DNA of 64,000 nucleotides from Squalus acanthias (GCA_030390025.1 CM059433.1:2170001-2234000); one strand, 5' to 3'. Positions 22,911 to 36,328 are shown, counted from the first letter of the stretch. Notes: generated by a model not told the origin, from the letters alone. Translations and numbers: made by a program.

Positions 22911-24420
22911 AACTCCAGAACAAGCTGCACCTCTAACCAAGCTGTTCCAGTACAGCTACAACACTGGCATCTACCTGACAAATTGGAAAACTGCCCGGGT
23001 ATGTCCTGTCCACATAAAATAGGACAAATCCAATCCAGCCAGTTACCGCCCCATCAGTCTACTCTCAATCATCAGCAATGTGATGGAAGGTGTCGTTGAC
23101 AGTGCTATCAAACGGCACTTACTCACGAATAACCTGCTCACCGATGCTGAGTTTGGGTTCCGCCAAGACCACTCGGCTCCCGACCTCATTACAGCCTTGG
23201 TCCAAACATGGACAAAGATGCTGAATTCCAGAGGTGAGGTGAGAGTGACTGCCCTTGGCATCAAGGCAGTATTTGACCAAGTGTGGCATCAAGGAGCTCT
23301 AGTAAAACTGAAGTCAATGGGAATCGGGGAAAACTCTTCACTGGCTGGATTCATATCTAGCACAGAGGAAGATGGTTGTAATTGTTGGAGGTCAATCATC
23401 ACAGCCCCAGGACATCGCTGCAGGAGTTCTTCAGGGCAGTGTCCTAGGCCCAACCATCTTCAGCTGCTTCATCAATAACCTTCCCTCCATCATAAGGTCA
23501 GAAATGGGGATGTTCGCTGATGATTGCACAGCATTCAGTTCCATTCGCAGTTCCTCAGATAATGAAGCAATCCGTGCCCGCATACAGCAAGACCTGGACA
23601 ACAGTCAGGCTTGGGCTGATAAGTGGCAAGTAACATTTGCGCCACACAAGTGCCAGGCAATGGCCAACTCCAACAAGAAAAAGTCTAACCACCTCCCCTT
23701 GACATTCAATGGCATTAGCATCGTCGAATCCCCTATCATCAACATCCTGGGGGGGGTCACCGTTGACCAGAAACTCAACTGGACTAGCCACATAAATACT
23801 GTGGCTACAAGAGCAGGTCAGAGGCTGGGTATTCTGTGACAAGTGACTCACCTCCTGACTCCCCAAAGCCTTTCCACCATCTACAAGGCACAAGTCAGGA
23901 GTGTGATGGAATACTCTCCACTTGCCTGGATGAGTTCAGCTCGAACAACACTCAGAAAGCTCGACACCATCCAGGACAAAGCAGCCCGATTGATTGACAC
24001 CCCATCCACCATCTTAAACATTCACTCCCTCCACCACCGGCGCACCGTGGCTGCAGTGTGTACCATTTACAAGATGCACTGCAGCAACTCGCCAAGGCTT
24101 CTTCGGCAGCACCTCCCAAACCCATGACCTCTACCACCTAGAAGGACAAGGGCAGCAGGCGCATGGGAACACCATCACCTGCAAGTTTCCCCCCAAGTCA
24201 CACACCATCCTGACTTGGAAATATATCGCCGTTCCTTCATCAGTGGGTCAAAATCCTGGAACTCCCTCCCTAACAGCACTGTGGGAGTACCTTCACCACA
24301 CGGACTGCAGCGGTTCAAGAAGGCAGCTCACCACTACCTTCTCGAGGGCAATTAGGGATGGGCAATAAATGCTGGTCTTGCCAGTGACGCCCACATCCCA
24401 TGAATGAATTTAAAAAAAAA
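22911..24420 (+). mobile_element. CR1/L2-group LINE (second family), RT plus 3' end, frameshifted
   Basis: YRPISLLS, FGFRQDHS, AGVLQGSVLGP, FADDC, YKAQVRSVMEYSPLAW; ends CCCATGAATGAA then an A tract. Confidence 0.9.
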
Positions 24421-24854
24421 TTCCTGCATATAATAATCAGAAAAACATGCATGAAGGTATAGCATACATAATTTGGCACTATATGAAACCTTTAAAATTA
24501 ATTTGAGTGTAAATTTAAGCTTGTAAATCAATCTTGAGATTCTGCACACATTCGGGTGGAAGGGAATGTGCAGCCGTGGTTCCCTTACACATCCACATTC
24601 AAAATGTAGTCTTAGTGGTTTAGCAAAAGTTAGATTAGTTACTTTAGGTTTGGTCTTCCTTTGGTGAAAGAAGCCCAACCGCCCCAGAAAAGTTCTCTCT
24701 CCACCACACTTCCTCTTTCTGACCTGGAATGGCTTCATGTTACTTTAATGTTTTATTATCCGATGTTTTAGTACTCTTATTGTTACTTGGAGTCTACTGC
24801 AACCTTCAGGCAAAGGACTAAGGCAAAACTATCAACATTGGACAAATTGAGAAG

Positions 24855-25276
24855 GCGTCTCGAAGCGCTTTACAGCCAATGAAATACTTTTTGAAGTGTA
24901 GTCACTGTTGTAATGTGGGAAACGTGGCAGCCAATTTGCGCACAGCAAGCTCCCACAAACAGCAATGTGATAATGACCAGATAATCTGTTTTTGTGATGT
25001 TGGTTGAGGGATAAATATTGACCAGGTCACCGGGATAACTCCCATGCTCTTCTTCAGAATAGTGCCATGGGATCTTTTACGTCCACTTGAGAGAGCAGAC
25101 AGGGGCCTCGGTTTAACATCTCATCTGAAAGACGGCACCCATGACAGCGTAGCGCTCCCTCAGCACTGCACTGGAGTGTCAGCCTAGCTTTATGTGCTCA
25201 AGTCCCTGGAGTGGGATTTGAACCCACAACCTTCTGACTCAGGCGAATGTGCTACCCACTGAGCCACAACTGACAC
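24855..25276 (-). mobile_element. tRNA-derived Deu-domain SINE (SacSINE1-like)
   Basis: - strand: A box TGGCTCAGTGG, B box GGTTCAAATCC, central GGTGCCGTCTTTCAGATGAGATGTTAAACCGAGG..AAAGATCCCATGGCACT. Confidence 0.85.
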
Positions 25277-25691
25277 GGCATACAGTTAATTACTTTGAAG
25301 TTCAGTCATTATTGCCATGTAATCCTAAGTGTGGGATTCTCAGTTGTGAGCTCTGTGCCTGTGTATCATGCTAAAAACACAAACATGGCTTAAAACAGCA
25401 AGTTGTGTCTGTCACATGCCCAGTTAGTAGCATGGTTTCGTGGGTTTGAGTGGCTTAGGATCAGACCTCAGGCAGTACTAAATTGCAGTCTTTATTGTAT
25501 TCAATGGAGTTGTGCTGGGATGCTTCTTTATTGACATCATGACGTTGCCTATCAAGGAGGAGGTAAGAGTGGTCAGTCTCTGTGGGAGGTAAAGGTTTGT
25601 CATTGTAATTCCATATGTAAAAAAAAAGGTGCTTGAAATGCAGTGTAAAATTCAATGTAAATAAAAGCTAGACTGAACTTATTATTTCTTG

Positions 25692-25813
25692 ACAAAAGCA
25701 AAATATGCTGGAAATCTGAAATAAAAACAGAAAATGCTGGAAATACTCAGCAGGTCAGGCAGCATCTGTGGAGAGAGAAACAGAGTTAATGTTTCAGGTC
25801 GATGACCCTTCAT
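25692..25813 (-). mobile_element. Penelope-like short repeat, hammerhead 5' core truncated
   Basis: - strand ATGAAGGGTC-ATC-GACCT-GAAACATTAACTCTG; near-identical to 1460-1556. Confidence 0.65.
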
Positions 25814-25869
25814 GACGAGACTGCGTGCAACCTTCTGAAAGTTTCTCCTGTGGCTAATTGCAGTAGTGG

Positions 25870-26080
25870 ATTGTGTACGGGAATAGTACTCCTTTGCTTT
25901 TATATTCTGAAGCCCTGCATCTTATCAGCCTTTTTGATTTAGTTTTGCACTTTCAAACTTAACATTTAACAATTTATGTACCTGAAGCCCTAAATCCCTT
26001 TGTTCATCTACCCGCTCCTTTGCCATTTAGATTATTCTCCCACCTGCAAATCTTATGCCCAAGGTGTGCTACCTCGTACT
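25870..26080 (-). mobile_element. Old degraded CR1 fragment
   Basis: Weak similarity to the CR1 ORF2 reverse complement (tcctttgcttttatattct..ccctaaatccctttgttc). Confidence 0.45.
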
Positions 26081-26489
26081 TTATTACTTTTACTTTTTTG
26101 GTTCTTTTTATCCTAGATTAGTTAGGATTTTGTAGCTTAAATTGCTCTCTTGAGTGAGTTCCAACTCCCCACACCTCTAAAAATGGACCAGGTATGGGCC
26201 GCTGACACCGCTGGGTCTCTAAAGGGTTGTGGTCTTTCTCACCCTTTGAAGGAGGTTTTCCCCCCTTCATGAAGGCACCAAATCCTGCCATGCTATGGTT
26301 CCACCAGCATCTGTCACCCTTTGATATCTCACCCAAGCGTCCATTATATGAAACTTGATTGTAAGAGGCAGCAGGCTATTGGCAGAGGCTGTTTGGTAGC
26401 ATTTAGGAGTAGGCCTGTTGTATGCAAGGAGGGAAGACACCGTTTAGTGCATGTGCGATGGAACACGCAGTTAGCCAGCACCTTTACCA

Positions 26490-26830
26490 TCGTAGAAACG
26501 AGTAGAGCATCAAGCCTGTTCCACCAATTTTGTTACCCATGGAAGATCTATTTTTTTAAATCCTTGCCTTTTGTTCATATCCTTTACCACCTTTATATTT
26601 CCCAAGTAAGCATATATATCTCTTTTAAACTTCTTAATTGACTTCCGATCTATGGCGTTCTGGGGCGCTGTGTTACACATTCTTACGATTTTTTGTGTGA
26701 ATTAAATTTTAGCTGGATTTGCTTTTAATTGGCTTAACTCAAATTCTAGGATGATGTTCCCTTGTTCTGGGTTCCTCTGTTACAGGGGAAAGCCATTCCC
26801 TATCTACTCTATCAATTCCCTTCACTATAT
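26490..26830 (-). mobile_element. Old degraded CR1 3' fragment
   Basis: aagcctgttccaccaatt ... cccttgttctgggttcc ... tatctactctatcaattccc. Confidence 0.5.
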
Positions 26831-26857
26831 TAATTATTTATACCAGCCGAAAATGAC

Positions 26858-28277
26858 CATAGAATCATAGAATGGTAACAGCACAGAAGGAGGCCATTCG
26901 GCCCGTTGAGCCCGTGCCGGCTCTCTGCAAGAGCACTTCAGCCAGTCCCACTCCCCCACCCTTTCCCCGTAGCCCTGCAAATTTTTTTCCTTCAGGTACT
27001 TATCCAATTCCCTTTTGAAAGCCACGATTGAATCTGCCTCCACCACCCTTTCAGGCAGTGCATTCCAGATCATAACCACTCGCGTAAACATTTTTTCCTC
27101 ATGTCGCCTTTGGTTCTTCTGCCAATCACCTTAAATCTGTGTCCTCTGGTTCTCGACCCTTCCGCCAATGGGAACAGTTTCTCTCTATCTACTCTGTCTA
27201 GACCCCTCATGATCTTGAACACCTCTATCAGATCTCCTCTCAACCTTCTCTGCTCTAAGGAGAACAACCCCAGCTTCTCCAGTCTATCCACGTAACTGAA
27301 GTCCCTCATCCCTGGAACCATTCTTGTAACTCTTTTCTGCACCCTCTCTAAGGCCTTTGCATCCTTCCTAAAGTGCGGTGCCCAGAATTGGGCACAATAC
27401 TCCAGCTGAGGCCGAACCAGTGTTGTATAAAGGTTCATCATAACTTCCTTGCTTTTGTACTCTATGCCTCTATTTATGAAGCCCAGGATCCCGTATGCTT
27501 TTTTAACCGCTTTCTCAACCTGCCCTGCCACCTTCAATGATTTGTGCACATAAACCCCCAGGTCTCTCTGTTGATGCACCCCCTTTAGGATTGTACTCTA
27601 GTTTATATTGCCTCTCCTCGTTCTTCCTACCAAAATGTATCACTTCGTACTTTTCTGCATTAAATTTCATCTGTCACGTGTCCGCCCATTCCACCAGTAT
27701 ATCTGTCTTCTTGAAATCTATCACTACCCTCCTCACTGTTCACTATACTTCCAAGTTTTGTGTCATCTGCAAATTTTGAAATTTGTGCCCTATACACCCA
27801 AGTCTAAGTCATTAATATATATCAAGAAAAGCAGTGGTCCTAGTACCAACCCCTGGGGAACACCACTGTATACCTTCCTCCAGCCCGAAAAACAACCGTT
27901 CACCACTACTCTCTGTTTCCTGTCACTTAGCCAATTTCATATCCATGCTGCCACTTTATTCCATGGGCTTCAACTTTGCTGGCAAGCCTATTATGTGGCA
28001 CTTTATCAAATGCCTTTTGGAAGTCCATGTACACCACATCAACCGCATTGCCCTCATCAACCCTCTCTGTTGCCTCATCAAAAAACTCAATCAATTTAGT
28101 TAAACACGATTTGTCTTTAACAAATCCGTGCTGGCTTTCCTTAATTAATCCACACTTGTCCAAGTGACTTAATTTTGTCCCTGATTATCGTTTCTAAAAG
28201 CTTCCCCACTACCGAGGTTAAACTGACTGGCCTGTAGTTGCTGGGTTTATCCTTACACCCTTTTTTGAACAAGGGTT
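26858..28277 (-). mobile_element. CR1 LINE 3' 1.4 kb (RT), frameshifted
   Basis: [45 protein letters not shown]; (ATTCTATG)n tail. Confidence 0.94.
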
Positions 28278-29304
28278 CAAATATCTCTGTTTGGATATCT
28301 GACTGTGTACTTTATTATACAGTTTGGAAGTTGATAGTATAACTGTTACCTTGGGCCACCTTACAGTGCAGTAATGTTCAACCCTAGTCAGTAATCTAAA
28401 GTGCTATTTGAATATAATAAGATTTGTCAGCTCACAGTCAGGAAACTGGAAGGGATACAGCCTTGGTTAGTAAAATGAGGAAAAATTATAGAATATTAAG
28501 TCCATTGTTTGAATTGTTAAATAAAAAACCTGTGCAAATTACAGCTTGAGTTTTAATCTCATTTCATGCTTTTGCTGTTATGCAAAAACTCCTGCATATC
28601 CGAACAAACAAAGTGCAATTTGTAACTCAGCAGACTGTGTTTCGCTGCCATTGACAAGCACACAGGCTAATTCACCAATGCTGCCAAAAATGATATAATT
28701 TCTGCGCTTCCGCGATTCATCCTACAGGTTGAGAAGGGCACATGGTATAAGGAAATGCAGCTTGCTGAAGTTGGCAATGTGCGAATTGGGTATTTGTGCC
28801 TACTCCCCCAATTCAGCGATGCATACCTCTGGACTGCACGGGTGTACTCTGAACACACCAGTTTTGAATCAGTTCTTTTTATGTTCTGTTGTTTGATCCC
28901 ATTGGGAACTGGCACGAGATTGAACAAGCTCATTTTATTATGAACTACCCAGCCAACAGAAGAAGGTCTATTGTTACATTTATTCAGGTTTAGACCCCAA
29001 GAGGAAAACAAATGGTGTGCAGATCTTCTGCATTACATACATTTGTTCAGGCAGGTCTGACGGGCATTCAAGCAAATAACATTTGCCTAAAATGTTGCTG
29101 TTGCTGCCTGGGTTTGGACTGAGCAATGTTTTGGAAAACTAGTGCGCATGGGGAGGAGAAAGACCGACTGGTGGAGTTGAGAGAGTGGCACTTGCATACG
29201 TTAATCATGACCGTCAGTACAAAGTTTTAGTTACAAAGTACCCCCGACTTAGGGATTTAAAAAAAAGTGGTGGTGTGGAGCAAATCTTAATGGATAATTT
29301 TTAT

Positions 29305-29676
29305 TTCCATTCTCGGGATCTGGACATCACTGGCAAGGCTGGCATTTATTATCCATCCCTGTCCTGTACAACTGAGTGGCTAACTAGGCCACTTCAGAGG
29401 GCAGTTTAGAGCCAACCACATAGGTGTGGGACTGGAGTCACATATAGGCCAGAATGATGGCAGGTTTCCTTCCCTAAAGCTAGTTGGGTTTTTAGAACAA
29501 TCCACTAGCTCATGGTCACTATTTTTACTGATACCAGCTTTTTATTTCCAGATTTCTTTTTAACTGAATTCAATTCTCAAACTGCCAAGGTGGAATTTGA
29601 ATTTGCGTTCTCTGGTTTATTAGTTCAGGCCTCTGGATTACTAGTCCAGTAACATAACCACAACACTACCATACCC
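29305..29676 (-). mobile_element. tRNA-derived SINE (family 2), ending 85 nt upstream of exon 47
   Basis: Reverse complement of 40009-40452 (head GGGTATGGTAGTG..GTGGTTATGTTACTGGACTAGTAATCCAGAGGCC). Confidence 0.8.
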
Positions 29677-29760
29677 GAATGATCCAAATTCCCATTAATA
29701 AATGGATAAATGAAATAGATAGTTCCGTTCACTTACCTCCATGTTTGTTGTTTTTGACAG

Positions 29761-29850
29761 TGGTGCCAGTGCAAATGTCCTAACAGAAAAGGATCCACTT
29801 CAGGTTCTTGAAGGTATTGTCAAATCAGTGCATTCCAATGTTGTGGATGG
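29761..29850 (+). CDS. NBAS: NBAS coding exon (about ex47, 90 nt)
   Basis: tgacag|T GGT ... GATGG|gtaagt; (S)GASANVLTEKDPLQVLEGIVKSVHSNVVD(G); absent from the ORF track, read manually. Confidence 0.95.
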
Positions 29851-29957
29851 GTAAGTACATGTTTTACAGTAAAGATTCTAAGACACCCACAGGAAAAATG
29901 CTTTAACTTTACTCAACTATTGGAGAGAAAAAAAATAAACTCTCCTTTGTAACTTAG

Positions 29958-30153
29958 GGGAAGGCTCGTATCTTCGGATGACCTCTTGACATGGCTGAGA
30001 CCTTTTTGCGGTGATGCAGATTTGCCTGTAAAACCTCGTATTTATGTTCTGCAAATCCTTGAGCAGGCATTTCACCTCAGTGATGAGGACAGCAAGTTAC
30101 TGGTGCTCTTCAGAACTCAGGCTGTTCTGAAAATGTGCTGGCCGGAGAGACAG
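29958..30153 (+). CDS. NBAS: NBAS coding exon (about ex48, 196 nt)
   Basis: acttag|G GGA ... CAG|gtagct; GRLVSSDDLLTWLRPFCGDADLPVKPRIYVLQILEQAFHLSDEDSKLLVLFRTQAVLKMCWPERQ. Confidence 0.96.
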
Positions 30154-31147
30154 GTAGCTTTTATCTATACATTGTGCGAATTTGTTTTCTGATTTGTAAT
30201 CGTCTTAATAAAATTATTTTAAGGATGTAATATGTTTTAACTTACTGTTTCCTTTTTTGAGTTAGTAGTGCTAGTGCTTATATATTATCTTGCAAAGTGA
30301 AGCAACAGTCAGTTAAAATAAAATAAAAATTTTAACTTCACAGGTTCATAGAACTGTTTTCTGCCCCTTTATAAATCTTACTGTATGAAAGTTATAGGGT
30401 ATATGGAAATAAATGTTCTGATTATTCTGAGAAGGATTTTTTGTAACCTGAAACTAAAAGTGAACTCAACCCTGCTTCAAAACTGGCAAATTTAAATTGT
30501 TCACTCCCAAACACACACCTCTGCCAACTGTTCTGAACCATATGTTGCTCTGTAGCAGAAAAATTCATCTTGTAATAATGTGTCTGGGCAACTCGAGATT
30601 GCATTTCCCAGCAGTGCAGTCTGGGTCGTATTAAATCAGTGTCAGCAGATTGCTTGAGCCGTGCCATGTAACTTTTAATCAAAATTAGGCTCAAATAAAT
30701 CATTTTTTAATCAAAATGTTATAATAATTAACTTCTAACTTTTTGCATATGTGCGTTGGATTTATTTCTTTTGGTATTCTCCAGATCTGAGATTCTCAAT
30801 CTACAATCTGTTACAGTGCAGCTAGTTAGCTTTTTTCCTTTGAACTCATTCTGCAAAATCAAGCCCACTCTAGATAACAAATTTTAAATAATTTTCTGTT
30901 CTATAACTATTTCAGCTCATAAACATGCATATTTCTTCGGGATGCCTTTTTACTCCAACTTGTAACTCGGCTCCACATAAGTCATTGATGAGCCACAGAA
31001 TGGAGGACTGGCACCTTAAATGTGCAATTTCATTTTTCTTAAATCTGCGAAATCCAGCTTTGAAAACAAATAGACATTTGTTGCCTGGTGCTTTAATTAT
31101 AAGTCTGTTCCCTATTCCAACACACAACACGTGCATTCATCCATTAA

Positions 31148-31204
31148 GCCGGCACGGACTCAATGGGCCAAATGGACTCCTTCTGTGCTGTTATGACTAT
31201 GACT
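31148..31204 (+). mobile_element. CR1 3' tail remnant
   Basis: gccggcacggactcaatgggccaaatggactccttctgtgctgttatgactatgact. Confidence 0.7.
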
Positions 31205-31809
31205 CTAAACTACATTTCTATCCAAGGTGACGAATCTGCAAACCTCCTCCATATATGGTCTGAGCTTTCTGGCTGCGCACATTTTCTTTCAAACTCTAAA
31301 TCTGACACCAGACTCCCATTCCAAATCTTTACATTGTGGAATGTGCACAATATTTTACTAATGTAAATTTCTGCACAAACCATATAACTAATACCATCTA
31401 GAATGGTACTAGTTGCAGGATAGACATGCCCAGTGTATCTTGAGGTGAGATGCTTTAGTTCCATGGATCACTCCATGAACTCAGGTGGACTCTATAAGCA
31501 GTAATTAAATTTGTTCCACCTTTAGCTGGCCAGGCTTGACTGTTGAGCGCACGTTGCCTGGAACTCAAACAAGCACCATAACTACTACCTAATCAAGCTG
31601 CTTAGTGTTCTCAGTAATACACCAGTTCAATTTCTACATGGTTGGTCACAGGAGTGAGATCTGGTCTAGTGATCAATAATAGCAAGGCTCTGTGGGCAGA
31701 AAACTAGAATGTTGCATGGAGCACAGTCCTGTCATTGAATTTCCATGAGTAGGAAGCTGGCATGCTGCCCAAGCTCCTAGATTCCCAATCTCAGGTGGTG
31801 ATGGTTGGT

Positions 31810-31962
31810 CTAAGAACATAAGAATTAGGAGCAGGAGTAGGCCACATGCCCCTCGAGCCTGCTCCACCATTCAATAAGATCATTGCTGATCTTCGACCTC
31901 AACGCCACTTTCCTGCACTATCTCCATATCCCTTGATTCCCCTAGAATCCAAAAATCTATCT
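31810..31962 (-). mobile_element. CR1 3' UTR fragment
   Basis: Matches 2837-2990. Confidence 0.85.
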
Positions 31963-32445
31963 CCTGCACACACTCTCCTGCACTGTCTTTCTCCTACAAT
32001 CTCTCTCTCTCCTGTACACTTTCTGTCTCCTACTCTCTCCCTCCCCACTCTCTCACTCCCCACTCTCCTCTACTCGCTCTCTCTCCCTCTCCCTCCCCTG
32101 CTCTCTCTCCCCTGCTCTCTCTCCCCTACACTCACTCTCTCTCTCTCTCTCCCCTACACACTCTCCCCTACACACGCTCACACTCTTGCCTACACTCACT
32201 CTCTCCCCTACACACACTCTGTCTCCCCTACACACTCACCTACAATCTGTCTCTCCTACTCCTGCCTTCTTCTGTTTCTTTCTCTTTCCTATCTCTCCCC
32301 TATCTGTCCTACTCTCACCTATTCTCTCTTGCACTTTCTCTCTCTCTCTCTCCTATTCGCTTTCCTATTCTCTTTCTCGCCTACTTTCCTGCACGCTGTC
32401 TTTCCTACACTCTCTCCTTTTCCTATTTGCTCTCTCTCTCTCACA
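31960..32445. repeat. CT/CA-rich low-complexity degenerate microsatellite
   Basis: Recurrent CTCTCCCCTACAC and (CT)n. Confidence 0.9.
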
Positions 32446-33174
32446 TCCTGCAACAAAATGTCTCTTTACCCTTTTATTTTTCGCTTGATAGTGCAAACAA
32501 AATGCCTGGGCTGCTGTTTTCCACTGCAGGCTCTTGTGAGGGAGAACAAATCTCAGTGACCCTAATGGCAGTGTTATCAACAGTTACTGAGATTTGTGTG
32601 CGAGTATGTAATCCTCTTAGTCAGGCTGTGTGTACATTAAAGAGAGTTTAATATTTAATTAATTTCTGGGCACTATAAATATAAGTTTTCTTGATTCATG
32701 GTGGTGCTGGGAGATAAGCTAGCTCTTGCAGAATTTAAACTACTTCATTGAGGCAAACAGCATTTGAACCATAAGACGTGGCAGATGCTGAGTCGGTAAT
32801 GAATAGTTAACAGAATTAATAATTTTAAGGTATTCAATTTGCAGGAGACTTGTGATCTTTATTTGACTGTTGATCTTGGAAACTTGCCTCAGCCACTAGA
32901 GGGAGAAAATGAGCTGCAAGAATTCCCTTGATGTAGCTCATCTATGTTCCTCTGGTTCTGTAATTTTCTAGTTACATGGTGCGTGCATAATTACAATCCA
33001 GAAAACAGCCTGTTGGTTTAAAGCATTTGAAAACTGACTTTTTCTGCAGCCTTTATGATGAGTGCAGAAACTTAAGTTGTACAGCACGAGTTTAACTAGG
33101 AGCTCTGCTACATGAATTGATCTGTAGAAATGATCAAATGTCACGAGCTATATGCAGCGGACCGCTAAAAGATC

Positions 33175-33280
33175 ACAAAAGCTAAATACAGCAGATGCTG
33201 GAAATTTGAAATGAAAACAGAAAATGCTGGAAATACTCAGCAGGTCAGGCAGCATCTGTGGAGAGAGAAACAGAGTTAAC
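33175..33280 (-). mobile_element. Penelope-like short repeat, cut by the adjacent MITE
   Basis: Near-identical to 25700-25790; ends at CAGAGTTAAC. Confidence 0.65.
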
Positions 33281-33869
33281 GGGCTGGATTTTGTCTTGGG
33301 GTCGGGTTGGGGTCGTGTGAACCGCATTTCGTGTGTCCCCCCCCGACTCCAGATTAATGTGGGAGATTGATGCAATTTTAACTTAATTGGGCAATTGAGT
33401 TCCAGCATGTGGGAACCCATGAACTAATTAGTGGTTTGAGTCTGAAAGTCGCCTCTGATGATGTCATCATAGCAGAGACTGCCTGGCCTTTGCTGTGAGT
33501 GGACCTGGATGCAAAATGAGCAGAGAGAGAGAGAGAGAACATTCAATGCAGCAGCATCAACTTTCAGACCTAATACTACTACCTTCATCACATCTCCGTT
33601 GTAATAGTGGACCTGCAGCTGATAGTCAGCTATCCACTTGTGCTCCCGCCAGGTTTCACTGGAGTGTTTCTCATCAGGCGTACTTCACATCGGAAAAGGG
33701 TTAAACTAGCTAAAACGTTTCAAAATAGCATTACAGAGCCAATTTAGGGCTTGTTAAGGGCTTTAATGGCCTCTCCCGCCTCTTGGAGGCGGAATGGGGT
33801 CGGGACCCGCAAATTTAACCCCCCACACGCCTCCAAACCCGACTCCATGGGTCATTCAAAATCCAGCCC
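33281..33869. mobile_element. Harbinger-type MITE, 589 bp
   Basis: Perfect 13-bp TIR GGGCTGGATTTTG / CAAAATCCAGCCC; subterminal GGGGTCGGG repeats; flanks AAC and TAT do not form a TSD. Confidence 0.72.
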
Positions 33870-34559
33870 TATATGTTAATTGGAATTAGATTTCTTTTGC
33901 ATGTACCAATGCATCATTGGTAAAACTCAAACCGTGAACATAAATTTCTCAGACCAGCAGGCCTCTCCCCCAGTTTGTGCTACATAAAGTGGTGTTTGAC
34001 AATCCTTAGAGTCCAGTTAAAAGTCTCTGTAGAATTTGGAAGCTGGAAATTTAATTTCAAAGTCCCATCCTCATCCATTCTTTTCCTGGCCCTGATCTTC
34101 CAATGTCCTGGCTTGATTTCACTTATCTTGGCGCTGGTCTATTTCACTCGCCAATCTTAATTCTGATCCATTCCAGCCATATTTCAACACCATTTTTCCT
34201 CAAGTTTTGAGATTTTCACTATCCTACAACATTGAAAATGTTAAAGCTTTTCAGGAAAAATGCATCTCGGGTACAAAATCTCTCCAACATTTTTGTTCAG
34301 TTCTCACTCTATGGTAGTTGCTGCTTATTACCATGGTTCAGGGGCACACCGTCAGACGCTGGTTGGGTTCACGATGTTGAAAGTATCAGTAGGGTTAGAG
34401 TTGTATTCTTTCTCAATATTCCATGTTACAGCAATGTCATAATAACGCCCATCAATGAACAGTCCAGAAATGGAAAACATTTTACGAAACGTGTCGTGGT
34501 GTTTTAGCAGTTCTAGAGGTTCTGTAGACCAAATAGATATGGAAACAAAGTGTTAATCA

Positions 34560-34980
34560 CCGAATTACATCTGGTCTAAAGCACAAAAACAGGCCATTCG
34601 GCCCAACTGGGCTATGCTGATATTTATGCTCCACACAAGGCTCCCCGCCCCCCACCCCTCTTTGTCTAACCCTATCAGCATACTCTTCTATTCCTTTCTC
34701 CCTCATGTGCGTATCTAGCTTCCTCTTAAATGCATCTCTGCTATTCGCCTCAACCACTCCTTGTGGTAGTGCGTTTCACATTCTTGCCACTCTTTGGCAT
34801 TATTATTAGTAATTATCTTATACTCATGACCTCTAGTTTTGGTCTCCCCACAAGTGGAAACATTTTCTCACGTCTACCCTATCAAACCCTTTCATTATCT
34901 TAAAGACCGCCATCAGGTCACAACTCAGCCTTCTCTTTTCTAGAAAAAAAAAAGCCCCTGTCTGTTCAATCTTTCCTGAT
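34560..34980 (-). mobile_element. CR1 3' fragment (subfamily of 7505-8418)
   Basis: VEANSRDAFKRKLDTHMREKGIEEY plus 3' UTR. Confidence 0.85.
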
Positions 34981-35677
34981 GCTTATAATGTCTCTCCTTC
35001 TCCAATGAATGAAGCCAGTGAAAGACTTGTGTGCCAGAGCCCATTGAAATACGGTCTGAAATAATGGCACCCAAGGTCCAGATTTTGGACCCCCAGACCC
35101 AGGTGACTGCCTCTGTGTCAGCCTTATTCTTACCTCCATCCTTTCCTTTGGTCTTTATTCCTCATGCATCATTTGCAGGTGACTTATTCCCAAGCCGTTG
35201 GCAGTGCTGTTCTCAGTCCAGCCACTAGGTGGTGTATGTAAAACTATGGGTTGACTCAAGTTTGCCCCGTCCCACTGGGCCGAAGCCTCTCCCCTTCACC
35301 GATTATTTTCCCCAGGGAGATGAGTTCAGGAATAGAAAGTGTGGACAACCACAGGACCGAATCCTGCTCCCATCTTGCTGAAGTCCCATCATGTGCTGCG
35401 CTCCTGCCCATCCTACCTTAAATATTTTTTATTCAAAATCATTATCATAAAATTCCATGGCTAAAAATGTTGTATTCAAATGTAATATGTATTCAGAATT
35501 AAAGTCTGGGGTTATTCCCTTATTTTGTTAGAATGTTTCTTTTCATCATTTTAATGTAGCTTAGGAAAATTCATCTAGCATCATTATTCTTTTGCGTTTA
35601 AAGAATAATGCCACTGTTTTATTTGAGATAATTGTATGTATTTTTCTTCCTAAAATAGAGGAAAGTAAGTAGAATAA

Positions 35678-36020
35678 CTTAAGAAATAGGAGCAGGAGTA
35701 GGCCATACAGCCCCTCGAGCCTGCTCCGCCATTCAATAAGATCATGGCTGATCTTCGACCTCAACTCCACTTTCCCGCCCGATCTCCATATCCCTCGATT
35801 CCCCATGAGTTCAAAAATCTATCGATCTCAGCCCTCTGGGGTAGAGAATTCCAAAGATTCACAACCCTCTGAGTGAAGAAATTCCTCCTCATCTTAGTCC
35901 TAAATGGCCGACCCCTTACCCTGAGACTGTGCCCCCTAGTTCTAGACTCTCCAGCCAGGGGGAACAATCTCTCAGCATCTACCCTGCCAATCCTCCTCAG
36001 AATCTTGTATGTTTCAATCA
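35678..36020 (-). mobile_element. CR1 3' fragment
   Basis: FPLAGESRTRGHSLRVRGRPF...WNSLP; matches 2837-3220. Confidence 0.9.
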
Positions 36021-36025
36021 GATCA

Positions 36026-36328
36026 AATTTGCTTCGCTGCTCACATTGTTTTAAATTTTATTTTTCGATTGCACTGTTTGAAACCAGCCTGTACTATTCT
36101 AAAAATACATTCTCATTGCTATAATGTCCCCATCCCAAACAAAATACTGCACTACTATGCCTGCAAAAAAAACTTGTATTTCCCAACACGACTGATGTAT
36201 CAACTGAGTGTTCAACTTGAGAACTATTTTCTTTTCTCTCACTTTTTATTCTTACGACTTCCTTATTCTTTCACTTCAGTGCTGCTTCTTTCTTCATTTT
36301 ATTTGTTTTGTACATTTCTATCTTTGAT
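36026..36328. repeat. Unclassified ~300-bp segment, copy 1 (copy 2 at 44450-44769)
   Basis: Shared GATTGCACTGTTTGAAACCAGCCTGTACTATTCTAAAA..ATACTGCACTACTATGCCTGCAAAAAAA..CAACTTGAGAACTA. Confidence 0.9.

Noticed and set aside
24855..25276. tRNA gene
   Set aside because: A/B boxes belong to a SINE head; no full cloverleaf
31846..32559. 237-aa Leu/Ser/Pro ORF
   Set aside because: CR1 UTR plus CT-rich low complexity
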